Shown here: piece after piece, positions 23,901-35,900 of the stretch
How the letters are laid out: every line of letters begins with the position of its first letter
Numbering within the stretch: the first letter of the stretch is position 1
Assembly: GCA_963575745.1 (NCBI GenBank)
Contig: CAUYUJ010000002.1
Span: forward strand, 62,001-126,000
DNA length: 64,000 nt
Origin: Prorocentrum cordatum
Taxonomy: Eukaryota
Reading direction: 5' to 3'
Notes under the pieces: model-generated
The model's input: the letters and a program-made list of their open reading frames with translations, nothing else
Database searches by the model: none
Told to the model about the DNA's origin: nothing
Position numbers and translations under genes: made by a program

Positions 23901-26900
23901 CCCCCGCCTCCTCCTCGACCCACCCCCGCTCCTGCTCCTCCTTTTCCTCCTCCCACTGCTCCCCCCCTCTCCTCCTCCTCCTCCTCCTCCTCCTCCTCTC
24001 TCCTCCTCCTCCTCCTCCTCCTCCGCCTCCTCCTCCTCCTCCCCCTCCTCCTCGTCCTCCTCCTCCTCCTCCTCCTCCTCGTCCTCCTCCTCCTCCTCCT
24101 CCTCCTCCTCCTCCTCTTCCTCCGCTGACCCCCAAATCTGTGTGCCAACTCACGGGAGCACCCCATGCCATCTTGCTGGCTCTTGCGAATCGACGCTGGC
24201 CGTCGCTCAGCGACGCCAAGTCGGCGCTCTCTCATCGCTTCACAGACGCTAGCGCACGCTGGTGCACCCGAAAGAAGGAACTGCGAGGACATGCAGGGTT
24301 CCCGTGAGTGTTTAAAGGCCTCCTAGAAGGGGTCGGAATAGATGCGGTCGGAGGATCGCGCCGCATCGACGTTACATCGGCGATGCATCGGTGATGAATC
24401 GGGGATGCATCGGCGACATCGGCGATGCATGGGCGATGCCAGCGAAGAGAGAATCGGGCTCCACATCGAGCCGCATCGGCGATGCATCGGCGATACACCG
24501 ACCTCATCTACTCCGACCCCGTCCAAAAGGCCCAGATATCGAAAAAGACAAAACGCTATAAACATAAACTTTTGGCGCTCCGCGCGGACTTCTTGGATCT
24601 GCGCTGGACCCTCCTCCCTGGCGCGCATAGCGCGCCAGGGGCGGCGCCGGAGGCGCCGCTGGGGGGGAGGGGGGCCAGCGCGGATCCAAGAAGTCCGCGC
24701 GGAGCGCCAGAAGTGTATGTTTATGTGTTGTTTTCTTCTTCGAAGATCGCCACCGAAGCACAGAGGGGTACACGTAGTTCTCGTCCTCGAAGGTGGCGAG
24801 AAGCCGCACGATGTGGCGGTGCTGCAGCGCCCCCTGGATTCGGACCTGCGCCGCCGCCTCCTCCTCCTCCTCCTCCTCCTCCTCCTCCTCCGTCCTCGTC
24901 CTCGTCCTCGTCCTCGTCCCCGTCCTCCTCCTCCTCCTCCTCCTCCTCCTCATCCTCCTCCTCCTCCTCCTCCTCCTCCCCTTCTGGGGTTGAGGGTCTC
25001 TGAGTCGTCTTGGGGCCGTCTTCGGGCATCTTCGGACCCCCCAGAGCCGTCTCGGAACGCCCGGGGAACTGGGGAACTCGCAGGGCGCCCCGGAGGGCCA
25101 GGGCGTCATTTCGGAACAGATGGCCTTCTCGCACGCAAGTATCGCAATAGTGTAAAAAAGAGACTAGGCAGACCCGTGGACTACTGACCACGAGTGACAG
25201 TGGTCAGAGTGCCCTTGCTGCTGATCATTGCTTCAGGGCGCGCTGTTTACATGATAATTCTGACGGCGTCCAGAGCAGCGCTAGCAGTAGAACGGCAGCA
25301 TTTCCAGGGGCATGGGCAGTAGACGCAGCAGCAGCAGCAGCTCCTCCTCCTCCTCCTCCTCCTCCTCCTCCTCCTCCTCCTCCTCCTCCCTTCTCCTCCT
25401 TTCTCCTCCCTTCTCCTCCCTTCTCCTCCCTTCTCCTCCCTCCTCCGCCCTCCTCCGCCCTCCTCCGCCCTCCTCCGCCCTCCTCCGCCCTCCTCCGCCC
25501 TCCTCCGCCCTCCTCCGCCCTCCTCCGCCCTCCTCCTCCTCCTCCTCCTCCTCCTCCTCCTCCTCCTCCTCCTCCGCCTCCGCCTCCGCCTCCGCCTCTG
25601 CCTCCGCCTCCGCCTCCTCCTCCTCCTCCTCCTCCTCCTCCTCCTCCTCGGCGCCCAGCCCCCGGAGGAGCGGAGGGCCCGCGCGACGGGTCCAGGTCTG
25701 GGCAGCGACGCGCCGAAACGCGCCCTCCGCCCCTGAAGGGGCCCTGGGACACACACACACAGGCACACAGGCACACAGGCACACGGACACACAGACACAC
25801 AGACACACAGACACACAGACACACAGACACAGACACAAATACACACAAATAACAGGATCCCCGCTATTGTCTAAAATGTTCTGGGCTTCTGTCCCCCCCA
25901 CTCCCCATATGTTCCTATATTTTCTGGGGAATCTCGACGATGAATTGTGTCTGTGCGTGTTTTTCCTGAACCCCCTCGTCCCCGAGCTTCTAGAGGTTGA
26001 TTGGCAAGCGCTGGGCCCTTCGCAAGAGCGGGCGTTTCTTTCGCAGCACTGCGCGTTCCCTTTCGCCGTGCGGCGCTCTTGTTGGTGGGCGTCTGTTTCA
26101 CAGACGGCGGCAGCTCCGCTGGCGCGTGCGGAGTGTGCCGCAGCGCTACTCGGGAGCTTATGCTGAGCAGAATCAACGCTAGCCCGAACAAGATATCCCC
26201 CTCTCGCGCAGGTGCTCCGTTTCCGCTTCCGCCCCCACTTCCGCCCGAGGAAGCTCACCTCCAACCTCCACCTCTCGGGCCGTACCAGGGGGGGTCACCA
26301 CTTGGGGGGACCTCCCTGCCTGGTGAGAAGCGAGGATCGAGCCTCGATCCCCGATCGGCGAAGATAGGGGGCTGATCGCGGATCGTGCAGGGTTTTGGAC
26401 GTGCGAAAGGGAGGTCTTTGGGGGTCCTGGAGGGCTCCGCGGTGTCCCGGGGGACCCGTGCCCTCGAGAAGCTGGCGAACCCCTCCCCAAGCCCTGGCAG
26501 CGACACCTCCGTGGCGGCGCCTGGACCCTGAACCCCGGGAGGTACTGCCAGGGGCGGGTCACGAAGGGAAGCTCTTGGCAACTCTCGGCCTCCAGGGGCC
26601 CTCGCCGCGCTCCGAAAGCTTCCACGACTACACTCGGGATGACCTGTTTTTTGTGTTTTAGGGCAGGCCCACCCAGGAGCGCAAGGCAGGAGACCCAGGC
26701 AGCACACTGGCACAAGTTGGGCCCTTGCGGCCTCGGTGCGCAGGGTGTGCGAAGCGGGTCGGGGGCTCTCACGGCCCCAACCCGTCGGGTGGGAAGACCG
26801 GTCCCGGGGCAGGGTGCAGACCTTCTTCCCCCCCCCCCCCCGCTGACTAGACGTCCCCAGCGAGCCGCCTGGCATTCTCGCCCGGCAGTCAAAACCGAGG

Positions 26901-29900
26901 AGGGAGAGGAGGAGGAGGAGAAGGGACAAGGGGAGGAGGAGGAGGAGAGGAGGAGGAGGAGGAGGAGGGGAGGAGGAGGAGGAGAGGAGGGAGGAGGAGC
27001 GAGGAGGGAGGAGAGGGGAGGAGGAGGAGGAGGAGGAGGAGGAGGAGGAGGAGGGACAAGGCATAGGCAGAGCGCAGACCTCTCGGGGTCCCCGCCGTGC
27101 AATAAAGGAAGCCACGGCGCCGGAGATGCGAGCCCCTCCGAGGCTGACGCGGCGCCGTCGCCAACGACGGAGGGCCAGGTCTGTCCTGTCCGGTCGTCCT
27201 CCCCCTTGGCTACCTACCAGACAACCCCAACCCAACCCGAAGACTCGAACTTCGGGTTGGGGGGGGGTACGGGTTCCATGTGTGTTTTTTCAGTGCTCCC
27301 CGTTCCCCCCCCCCCACTGGAAATGGAGGGCAAAGTGAGGCCTTCGGGTTGGGTTGGGGTGGTTTGGTGGGTGGTGACCGTGGTGACCCCTGCTCTTCCC
27401 CCCCCCCTCATCTCCTCGGCTCATCGCATTCCCCGTTGCTCTGCTTCCTTGCTTGGCCCGCTCTTCTCTGACGGCCCGCCCGTCGGTCCGAGTGGGAGTT
27501 GTGCGGCAAGGGCTGCTCCGACGGCGAATGGCCGGGCGCCCCGCATCACTGAGAGACAAGTTTCCTTGCACGACTTCAGGACTTTGGCTGTCCTGGCTTC
27601 TGCGTGGACCTCGCGGCCCCAAGAACTGTCAACCCCCTCCGGGGGACCGGTGGTATACCTAGTTCCGTCTATGTTTCTGACTCCTCTGATTGCCCCGGGG
27701 GGCCCCGAAAACGGCCCTGGAGGCCGAACACATCCGAACACCGCGAGACCCATCGGGCCAGATCTGAGACTCACGGGCAGCAGCAGCGACGGAAACGACT
27801 GCCTCTGACGGTCCAGCGCCAGACGAACTGCCCCTGGCGCAGCATTACACCATCGTGACCTCGAAGCCTCCCCAACACCTGGGCACCCCTGGCCTCTCGT
27901 GCCCGTGCCCTCTGGGAGCATCCCAGACCCGGCACCCATTCTTCCGCACAGGAGGAGGAGGAGGAGGAGGAGGAGGAGGAGGAGGAGGAGGAGGAGGAGG
28001 AGGAGGAGGAAGAGGATGAGGAGGAGGAGGTGGAGGAAGAGGGGGAGGAGGAGGAGGAGGAGGAGGAGGGAGGAGGAGGAGGAAAAGGAGGAGGAAGAGG
28101 AGGAGGAGGATCACTGGCCGTCCTGCGGGTCGTGGGACGCCACCAACCTGCTGCGCTCGCGGACCGCACCCGCGACCTCGAGAATGTGGCCGGCTCCTGC
28201 CTGGACGACGTCGGCTATGACTCCTGGCACCGCGTGGCCCGCCCAGCCTTGCACGATCTGCTGCTGTCTTGGCTGGACACTGGTCGACCCCATCTCGTTG
28301 TAGAGATCCCACGCCGTGGGATGCTCTCCGTGGGCTCCAGGTGAGCTCCCGAAGCGGGACCCGGACGCCCGCGTCGGCGTCGCCGCCGCGTCGAGGCGGC
28401 GCGAAACCTGCCGCAGAATCGCATCGAGAGCCGGGTGACTTGGCAGAGGCCTCTAGGGGTCTCCCAAGTTGGGTCCGAGTAAGTGGGGTCGGAGGAGCGC
28501 GCCGCATCGACGATACATTGGCGATGCATTGGCGACGTCGGCGACGCATTGGCGACGTCGAATACATCGCCGCATCGCCGATACATTGGCGACGTCGGCG
28601 ATGCATCGGCGCCATTGGCGTCCAGAAACTCGGGCTCGACATCGAGCCGAATCGCCGATGAATCGACGCTGCGGCGCCATCCTCTCGGGGGGAACGAAAG
28701 GGGGGGACAGCAAAGGGTAGGGTAGAGAATCAACTCACGTAGCTGATTTTCCCAGCGCCTCCCGGCGCCAGGAGGCGCCTATGTATCGAGGAATGGGCCC
28801 GGCAGCGGGGCCGAAACCAGCTGCATGCAGCAGATTTCGTAAACCCCCCCTTTCCCTATCCCTCCCTTTCGTTCGGCCCGATCCTCAAACCCCATCTGCT
28901 CGGACCCCATTCAGGAAGGCTTCCAAGCTGGCGAAGTCAACCCACGGAGTAAGCGGGTGGCCCTGGCGGCGGAGCCTCCCGCTGCAGCTGGGGGATCATT
29001 TCGCGGATGAGCAGCGGGTACCTGGCGGGCCGAGATTGGGCGCCGTGGGTGTGCAGATGGATGCGCCTACGGCAAGCTCGTGTCCCGATGGCGTCAGCCT
29101 GGGCTCCTGGTACCGCGTGGGCCGCGTAATCATGAACGATCGCGGCTCTCCAGCAGCGTAGATCGACATGACCACCGATCAAGCCACCCCAACCCAACCC
29201 GAAGTCGCTGTCGAGCCAGCCAACTTCCAGTGGGCGGGACGTCCTGGAACATGGAGAAAACACCGTGGAACCCGCACCCCCAACCCCCCAACCCAAAATG
29301 TTGGGGAGTCTGGGACCTTCGGGCTGGGTTGGGGTGGGTTGGTAAGTCGTGGGGATCGGTGTCGACCGCACACGGGCGGCCAGCGGGTGTTCAAGCTTGA
29401 GCGCCCGCGCCGAGGTCGGCGCCGCGTACCCGCCGTACAGCCACCGTGCCACCTCAAGGAACGCTGAGCAGGAAACGAAGGGGCTCTCGGGTCAGCTGCA
29501 GAAAACCATGCTTGGAAAGAACCGACTGGAAGACATAGGAAAGCGAATGAGATCTCAGGAAACCTCCAGTTGTTCCACCGCCTCATCATCCTCGTCCGCC
29601 TCCTCCTCCCCCCCCTCCTACGGCGAGCCTCGGCCAGAAATAGGTTCCCCGACCCAGATCCTAAGGAACGGGCCGGAAACCAGATTCAGGCCGATCCTCG
29701 CTCTCGAGTCCCAGGGGCTGCGCCTAGGAGATCCACCACCGTGCCGCGAGGCACGAGCCGGCGACGCGCTAGCTCGAGTGCCCCAGACTCTTGGCTGGTA
29801 CACGCATGCTCTACTCGAGGCTGTGGCGTTCCGCAGCTGGCTCCCGGCAGTCTGTGCTGTGCGGCGGCGGGAAGGGAGAACTGGAACGAGAGGCAAAAGT

Positions 29901-32900
29901 CCTCCCTTCAGCGTCTTGGCTGAACCCGAAGCGGTCCTTCGTAGGCACGCGCGCACCTTCTCGCCAAGCAACGACTCGCACATGGCCTGGATCCGCGATG
30001 GGGGATTTTTCCACAAATGACATCGATGCAGACACGTCGTCTCTCGGACGTTTACGAGTAGGCACTGTGCGAGTAGTGGAACGCGCTCGATGACTTCAGG
30101 GTTTTGTATGTACGCAAGTGGATGCGCCCCAGTCGCCCGACTCCAGACTCCCGCGCCGGCGCGGGGCGCGACACGCACTCGTCTTCGCGCGCGCCCGCGC
30201 ACTGCCGCCCCAGCGAGGGGCAGGCCCCGGGGCCCCCCGAGAAAGAGGCGCGGGCAAGTCTGCGCCCCTGCGGGTGGCGTGGCGCATCGGCGGGGGGCGG
30301 GGGGGGGGGAGAGGGGGGGGCAAGCGGACGCACGGAGTCCGACAGACACGGGAGGCGAAGCTTCGCCGCCGGGCGGCGGCCAGGCCACGCGGCCGAAGAC
30401 GGGGCCCTCGGACACGGGGCCCTCGGACCGCTGGGGCACGCCACCGGCGCGCGGGACCTGCAGCAGCCGGCCCACCCGGGTCGAGCGTGCCCAAAGCGGT
30501 CTGGCCTGAGATCGGGCGGCAAGTGGGGGCCAGGCAGAGGCAACAGGTCGGGAGCCGCCGAGCCGCCCTCCGTCAGCGGCGTATACGACGCAGGGCCTCT
30601 CCGCCGCGGCCCTGCCGAGACAGGGGCTGCGCTCAACACAGCGCTCTCTGCGGCGGAGCGCACCGGGTCCTCCTGGGCGTCACTTCAGGGTCCGCGTGAG
30701 CATCGGCAGCGGCCAAGAGGGGGGTGTCCAAGAGGGGGGGGGCAAATCATGACCGGCGGCATGTGCGCGGCCCAGCGGGGGGGCCAGGGACGTAATGAAA
30801 TAAGAAGAGGCGCCATGAAATCTGGGGAAATATTATGGCCCACGCCATGAGATCCCCCCCCCTTGTCATCACCCCCCTCTTTTCCGCCCCCGAGAGCAAA
30901 CAGAGACAAAAGGAAGACATGATCGCCTCGCTCGAGCGGTCAGGATCCTTTCCGCAGGTGACTGCTGACGGCGGCCGGCCGCATGCGCAGGTAGTATCGC
31001 TGAGGCACCGGATGCGTTTAGCTGGGTCCGGGCTTAGACGTGCCAGGGAACTGCCCCTACACTTCTGCACTTGCAGTAAGCCCTGTGGAAAGACACCGGG
31101 GATCCCACACTCTCCAAAAACAGGCCCTGGGTGCTGTAATCAGCTTCGCGCTGTTTGGAACGGCCCATGCATGTAGGCAGTGTGAGCGCTGAACGTAAGG
31201 CATTCCGTCGCCTCACACGGCAGACACAGACACAAACACAGTCCCGCAAGAAGTCACCTGCGCGGGTGCAGCGGGTGGGCGCCGGGGCGCCGATTTTGGC
31301 CTCTCAGACTCTGGAGTCGACTTTGGGCAACCGCATTCGGAAGAATGGGATCGATCTTCTGAGACGGAATCGGAGAGAACGTAGGGTCGGAGAGGAACAG
31401 CAACAAAACGCAAGGACAGCTGCCCGATGCCGCGAGCCGCGAAGAAGACCAGGCCAGGGCACTTCTCGACGACCTTCAGGGCAACGAGCTCTCCTCGCGC
31501 GTGCGGTGGGTGGCTCCCGCTCCAGCTCCCAAGCCTCTCTGGAGCATTTGTTGCCCACCATTCCCCCCTTACGACAGGGGCGCTGCTGATCCCACTCGAG
31601 CTGATCGTTCCTGCTGCGACGGTCGTGCACCACGCCCAGCCAATCGATCCCGCGCATGACGAGTGAGAGATAGAGAGAGAGAGAGACTCAGCGAGAGGCG
31701 AGAAAGAGAGAGAGAGAGAGAAGAAAAGAGAAGCAGACAAAATCACACATGCACCTAGTCTAAACCCGTATACATTGCGGGCATTGCGGGAGGGGGACGG
31801 AGGAGCGACGGGAAGGGGTGCGAGGAAGAGAGGGGGGGGCAAAACTGCGAGTGGCGAGGAGAGTTGAGGGGCGACGGAGGGGGAGAGGGGGAAGGAGGGA
31901 GGGAGAGAGGCCGAGCGACGGAGAGCGAAGGACGGAGAGGGGCGAGGGGCGAGGGGCGAAGGAGAAGGGAGGGACGGAGAAGGAGAGGAAGGAGGCGGGG
32001 ACGAAGGAGGCAAGAGGAGGCGATTAGAGCCGAGGAGGAGCGAGGATGAGGAGGGAGGAGCCTCTGGAAGACCCCAGCATCCAGCAGGCTGCCTCGCCTC
32101 CCCTCCCCCTCCTCCGCCAGGAGCGTGAGGCGGATCCGGCCGTGGCCACGAGGGGCCCCGAGGAGGCCGACACAGGTTCGGAAGCATACAACAAGCTCGA
32201 TCCTCGATCGCCTGCCAACATGCTGCTTCGCCCGGGACCGCCCCTGGAGCCAATCCCAGTGTTTGTCTCGCCCCGGGCCGAGCCGAACTCTGACGGCCCA
32301 GAGCCCAGAGCCGGCCCCCCGACGCCAACCCCCATGAAGCGGAGAATCCGAATGTGCATCTCGCGCTCTGGCACTGATCCCCTGTGAGCTTCCGAGCGTC
32401 AGCGGGTCTGAGCACGAGTGCGACTGAGCGAGAGTGAATCCAAGTGTGAGCGCTGCGTTCAGCCACCTACTGCCACCACCTGCTGACCAATGCCGCGCAC
32501 CAAGGCGCCGACCTGCTATGATGCGCTGCCCCACTGGGTGCTCTCCGAGATGCGACGTGCAACTCTCCGTGTGCTTCGCTGCCGAATGCGTAGCCTCTTC
32601 CTCCTCCGCCTCCGCCTCCCCCTCCCAGTCGGCACACTCTCCGGGCATTTGCTCCCTGGACAGCGCCTGCACTCAGGAGTTCTGCCAGCTCGGCGACCAC
32701 GGGCCAGCCCAGATCTCGCCCGGAGCCCGCCCGTGGGCGCCTCGCAGGCGCCCACGGGCGCTGGGTGGATCGGCCGAGATTTCCCCGCGAGCGCCTCCCG
32801 AAGGCCCTGCGGGCGCCTCGTGGGCGCCTCGTGCGCTGGGTGGGCCAGAGCTTCGCCCCGTGCCCGCCCGTGGGGGCCTGGTGGGCGACACGTCGATTGC

Positions 32901-35900
32901 ACCGCACAGCTTGCACCGCACAGCTTGCACCACACTGGTTGCACCACATAGCTTGCACCGCAAGGCTTTCATCCCTCACATAGCTTGTACCGCACAGCCT
33001 AAGTCTGCACGACATAGCTCACAGCTCGAAACTTGCGCCACAGACAACCGATCTTGAAATACATCGGTTGCACCACATAGCTGATGGCACGTACCGTGCA
33101 CAACATCGCGCACACAGCCATAGTGCAGTAACTTAATGTGTGGGGTCGATGCTGGCAAATATACAACGTCTGAGAATTGCATCGCGGAAGTGGTTAAGCT
33201 CTGAGAAGAGACCAGTCTACTGGCAAAATCAGCGAGCCATGGGGACTTGGGAACAGACTCGTTCACTGGACCGAAACTTGTGCTTAACCATGAGAGCCCC
33301 CCCACAATCTGAACGCGAACGGGCCCGTCAACAGCCCCTGGCCGACACCCCCTACTAAGGCCCATATGCCATTCCGCCTACATCACGGTGGCCATCGGGC
33401 ATCAATATGAGACTCCTGCAAAGCTGGCACTTCGCATGACCAAGTCCTCACATTCTGGGCGCGGATGGGCTCATGAAGCACAACTGGCCGCGACCCCATG
33501 GGAGGCCGGAGCGCAATGCCTGCTACGTCGCGGTGGCCATGGGGCTCTGAGAATCAATGCTTCTCAGAGGGCCACCTCAGTAGACGAGATGCTTCTCAGA
33601 AGCATCTCGTCTACTGGGCCATTAACGGGCTTTCGCTTGAAAGGGCCCCACCATCTGGGCGCAAACGGGCCCGTGAAACACGCCTAGCGGAGCCCCCACT
33701 GAGCAGGCCAAAATGCAACGCCTGCTACATCGCGGCCATGACGGCGCTCTGCGAAGAGGCTCGCCCCACTGGGCCAAAAGGGGCGTTTCACCCGAGACGG
33801 CCCCACAGTCTGGGCGCGGACGACCCCTTTCAAACACCCCTGGTCGACACCCCCACGCGGAGACCCTCATGTAACGCCGCCTGCATCGCGGTGATCGTGG
33901 GGCTCTAAGGACAAACTCTGGGCCAACCCACGCGTTTCACCTAAGAGTTCTCCACAATCGGAGCGCGGGCGCACCTGTGAAACTACCCTGGTCGAGACCC
34001 CACTTGGGGGGGGCCAAGTGAGTTGCCTGCTACATCGCGGTGATCATGGGGCCCTGGGAACAGCAACAAAAACGCTTGCGTTGCCAAAGCAGGCGTGTCG
34101 CCCCTTAGACGTCTCCGCAACCTGGGCGCGAACGGGCAGATGAAGTTAGGGAGTCGTGAATAAATGCCATGCCTGCTACATCGCGGTGCCCATGGGGCTG
34201 TGAAAACAACACAAGTATACTGGGCCAGCACGGAGGTTTCGCTTGAGAGGCTTCTGCAATCTGGACGCAGACGATCCCACCAAACACCCATGGTCGTCGA
34301 CACCCCACTTGGGCCGCACAAGTGTCATGCCTGCCGCGTCGAAGTGGTCATGGTGATTTGGGAGTTCTTCGGCACCCCTTTGGCAGCCTAAGTGCCATGC
34401 CTACTACATCGTGGTGATCAGGGGGCCCAGAGTGATCTGAACATGAGTGAGCCTGTCTGGGTGGGTGATTGGATGTCGACGAATCTGAATGCGAATGGGC
34501 AGGTCTCAGGGCGAGTGCATCTGAGCGTTAGCGAGCTTGAGTGCGCGCGGGTATGAATGCGATGGGTCTGAAAATGAGTGGTACGCGGTACAACCGAGTT
34601 TGGATACGAGTGGATTCGATAATGATTGAGCATGGTATGAGTGGGTATGACCGCGAGTAAGTTTGACCATCAATGAGTGGATCTGAGTATGGCTCACCCT
34701 AGGTGCGAACACTAATACGACTAGGAGCTAATCTTGGAGTGAGCTGGGCGAGTGTGAGAACGAGCGCTTCTGAGTATGACGTGGACGGGGGCGTGACCCA
34801 CATTAAAAAACTAGCGTTTTTTGGTCGGCGGGGCGAGAGCGAACCTCTTCCGCTAAAAGCTAGGCGGGCTACGCACAGCTCTAAGTAGGGAGACAGGGCA
34901 CAGGCGGGCGGGGCCTCAGGCGGCCGGAGAGGGTGGGGCCCCGGGTGCAGGCGGTGCCGAGGAGCTTGCACGGGAAAATGTACGCCGCGGACAGAAACAC
35001 ATAAAAACGAACTCTCGACATGTGGGATACGGAGACGAATGCCTCATGACCTCCTCTGTCGCCCTCGACACTCGATCTCCCCACGAGCAGGAGGCGGGAC
35101 AGGCTCGTGACTCCCCCAGCAGCCAACTTTCCGCCCAGACTCCTTGACGGAGGAGGAGGATTGTGCTAGGATTGTGCTACTTAGGACTTACGCAGATGGA
35201 TAGCACTACGCAAGCCGCCTTCGCCGTGCAAGTTTAGACTTACAGGGGCTTCCCTATGGATGGATGGCGGCCCTCCCACAAACGCCTCAGTCGACCCTTG
35301 GCCGTCCGAGCTCGGGCGGGCCAATAGCCCTCCTTCACACGGTTCGTCCACTTACACTGAGCGTAGGAAGAGCATCGCCTGTAGAAAACAAAATCGGGGC
35401 ACAACACGAGATGGTGTCGTTGCCCCTGTGCCTTAAGGATGCGTGCTTGTCGGGCTTTGAATTCGATGGCATATTCGCCCGACGGCCCGCTCTGAGTCTG
35501 GTTTGTGGCCCTGGGAGCATGACGGCCCCTGGGGCCCACAGACGGGGAGGGGGGAGGCATCAGAGGAGGAGCAGGATTCGACTCGGCGGCCTGACTCGGG
35601 ACAGGTCCACTGATGCTGCTCGCTTCGACATCGTAAATCGCGTCGACGACATCGGACGACATAGCGCCGAGCCTGATAGCAAACTCCAGCTCAGCTACCA
35701 TGGTAAGCTTCTGCTGAGACGCCTGGCGCTGCCAGATCGGTTGGGCGCACAAATTAGCCCCCTCCTTCACGCATTTGTCCGCGAAGCGGTTGCCTTTGAA
35801 CAGTCCCTCGCCAAACTCTTGCCGCTGGGCTCGAGCGACTTGGGCCTTGCGATTTATTATCTGGACGGTCCTGGGGCCCAGCCCCCCAAGATCGTTGACC

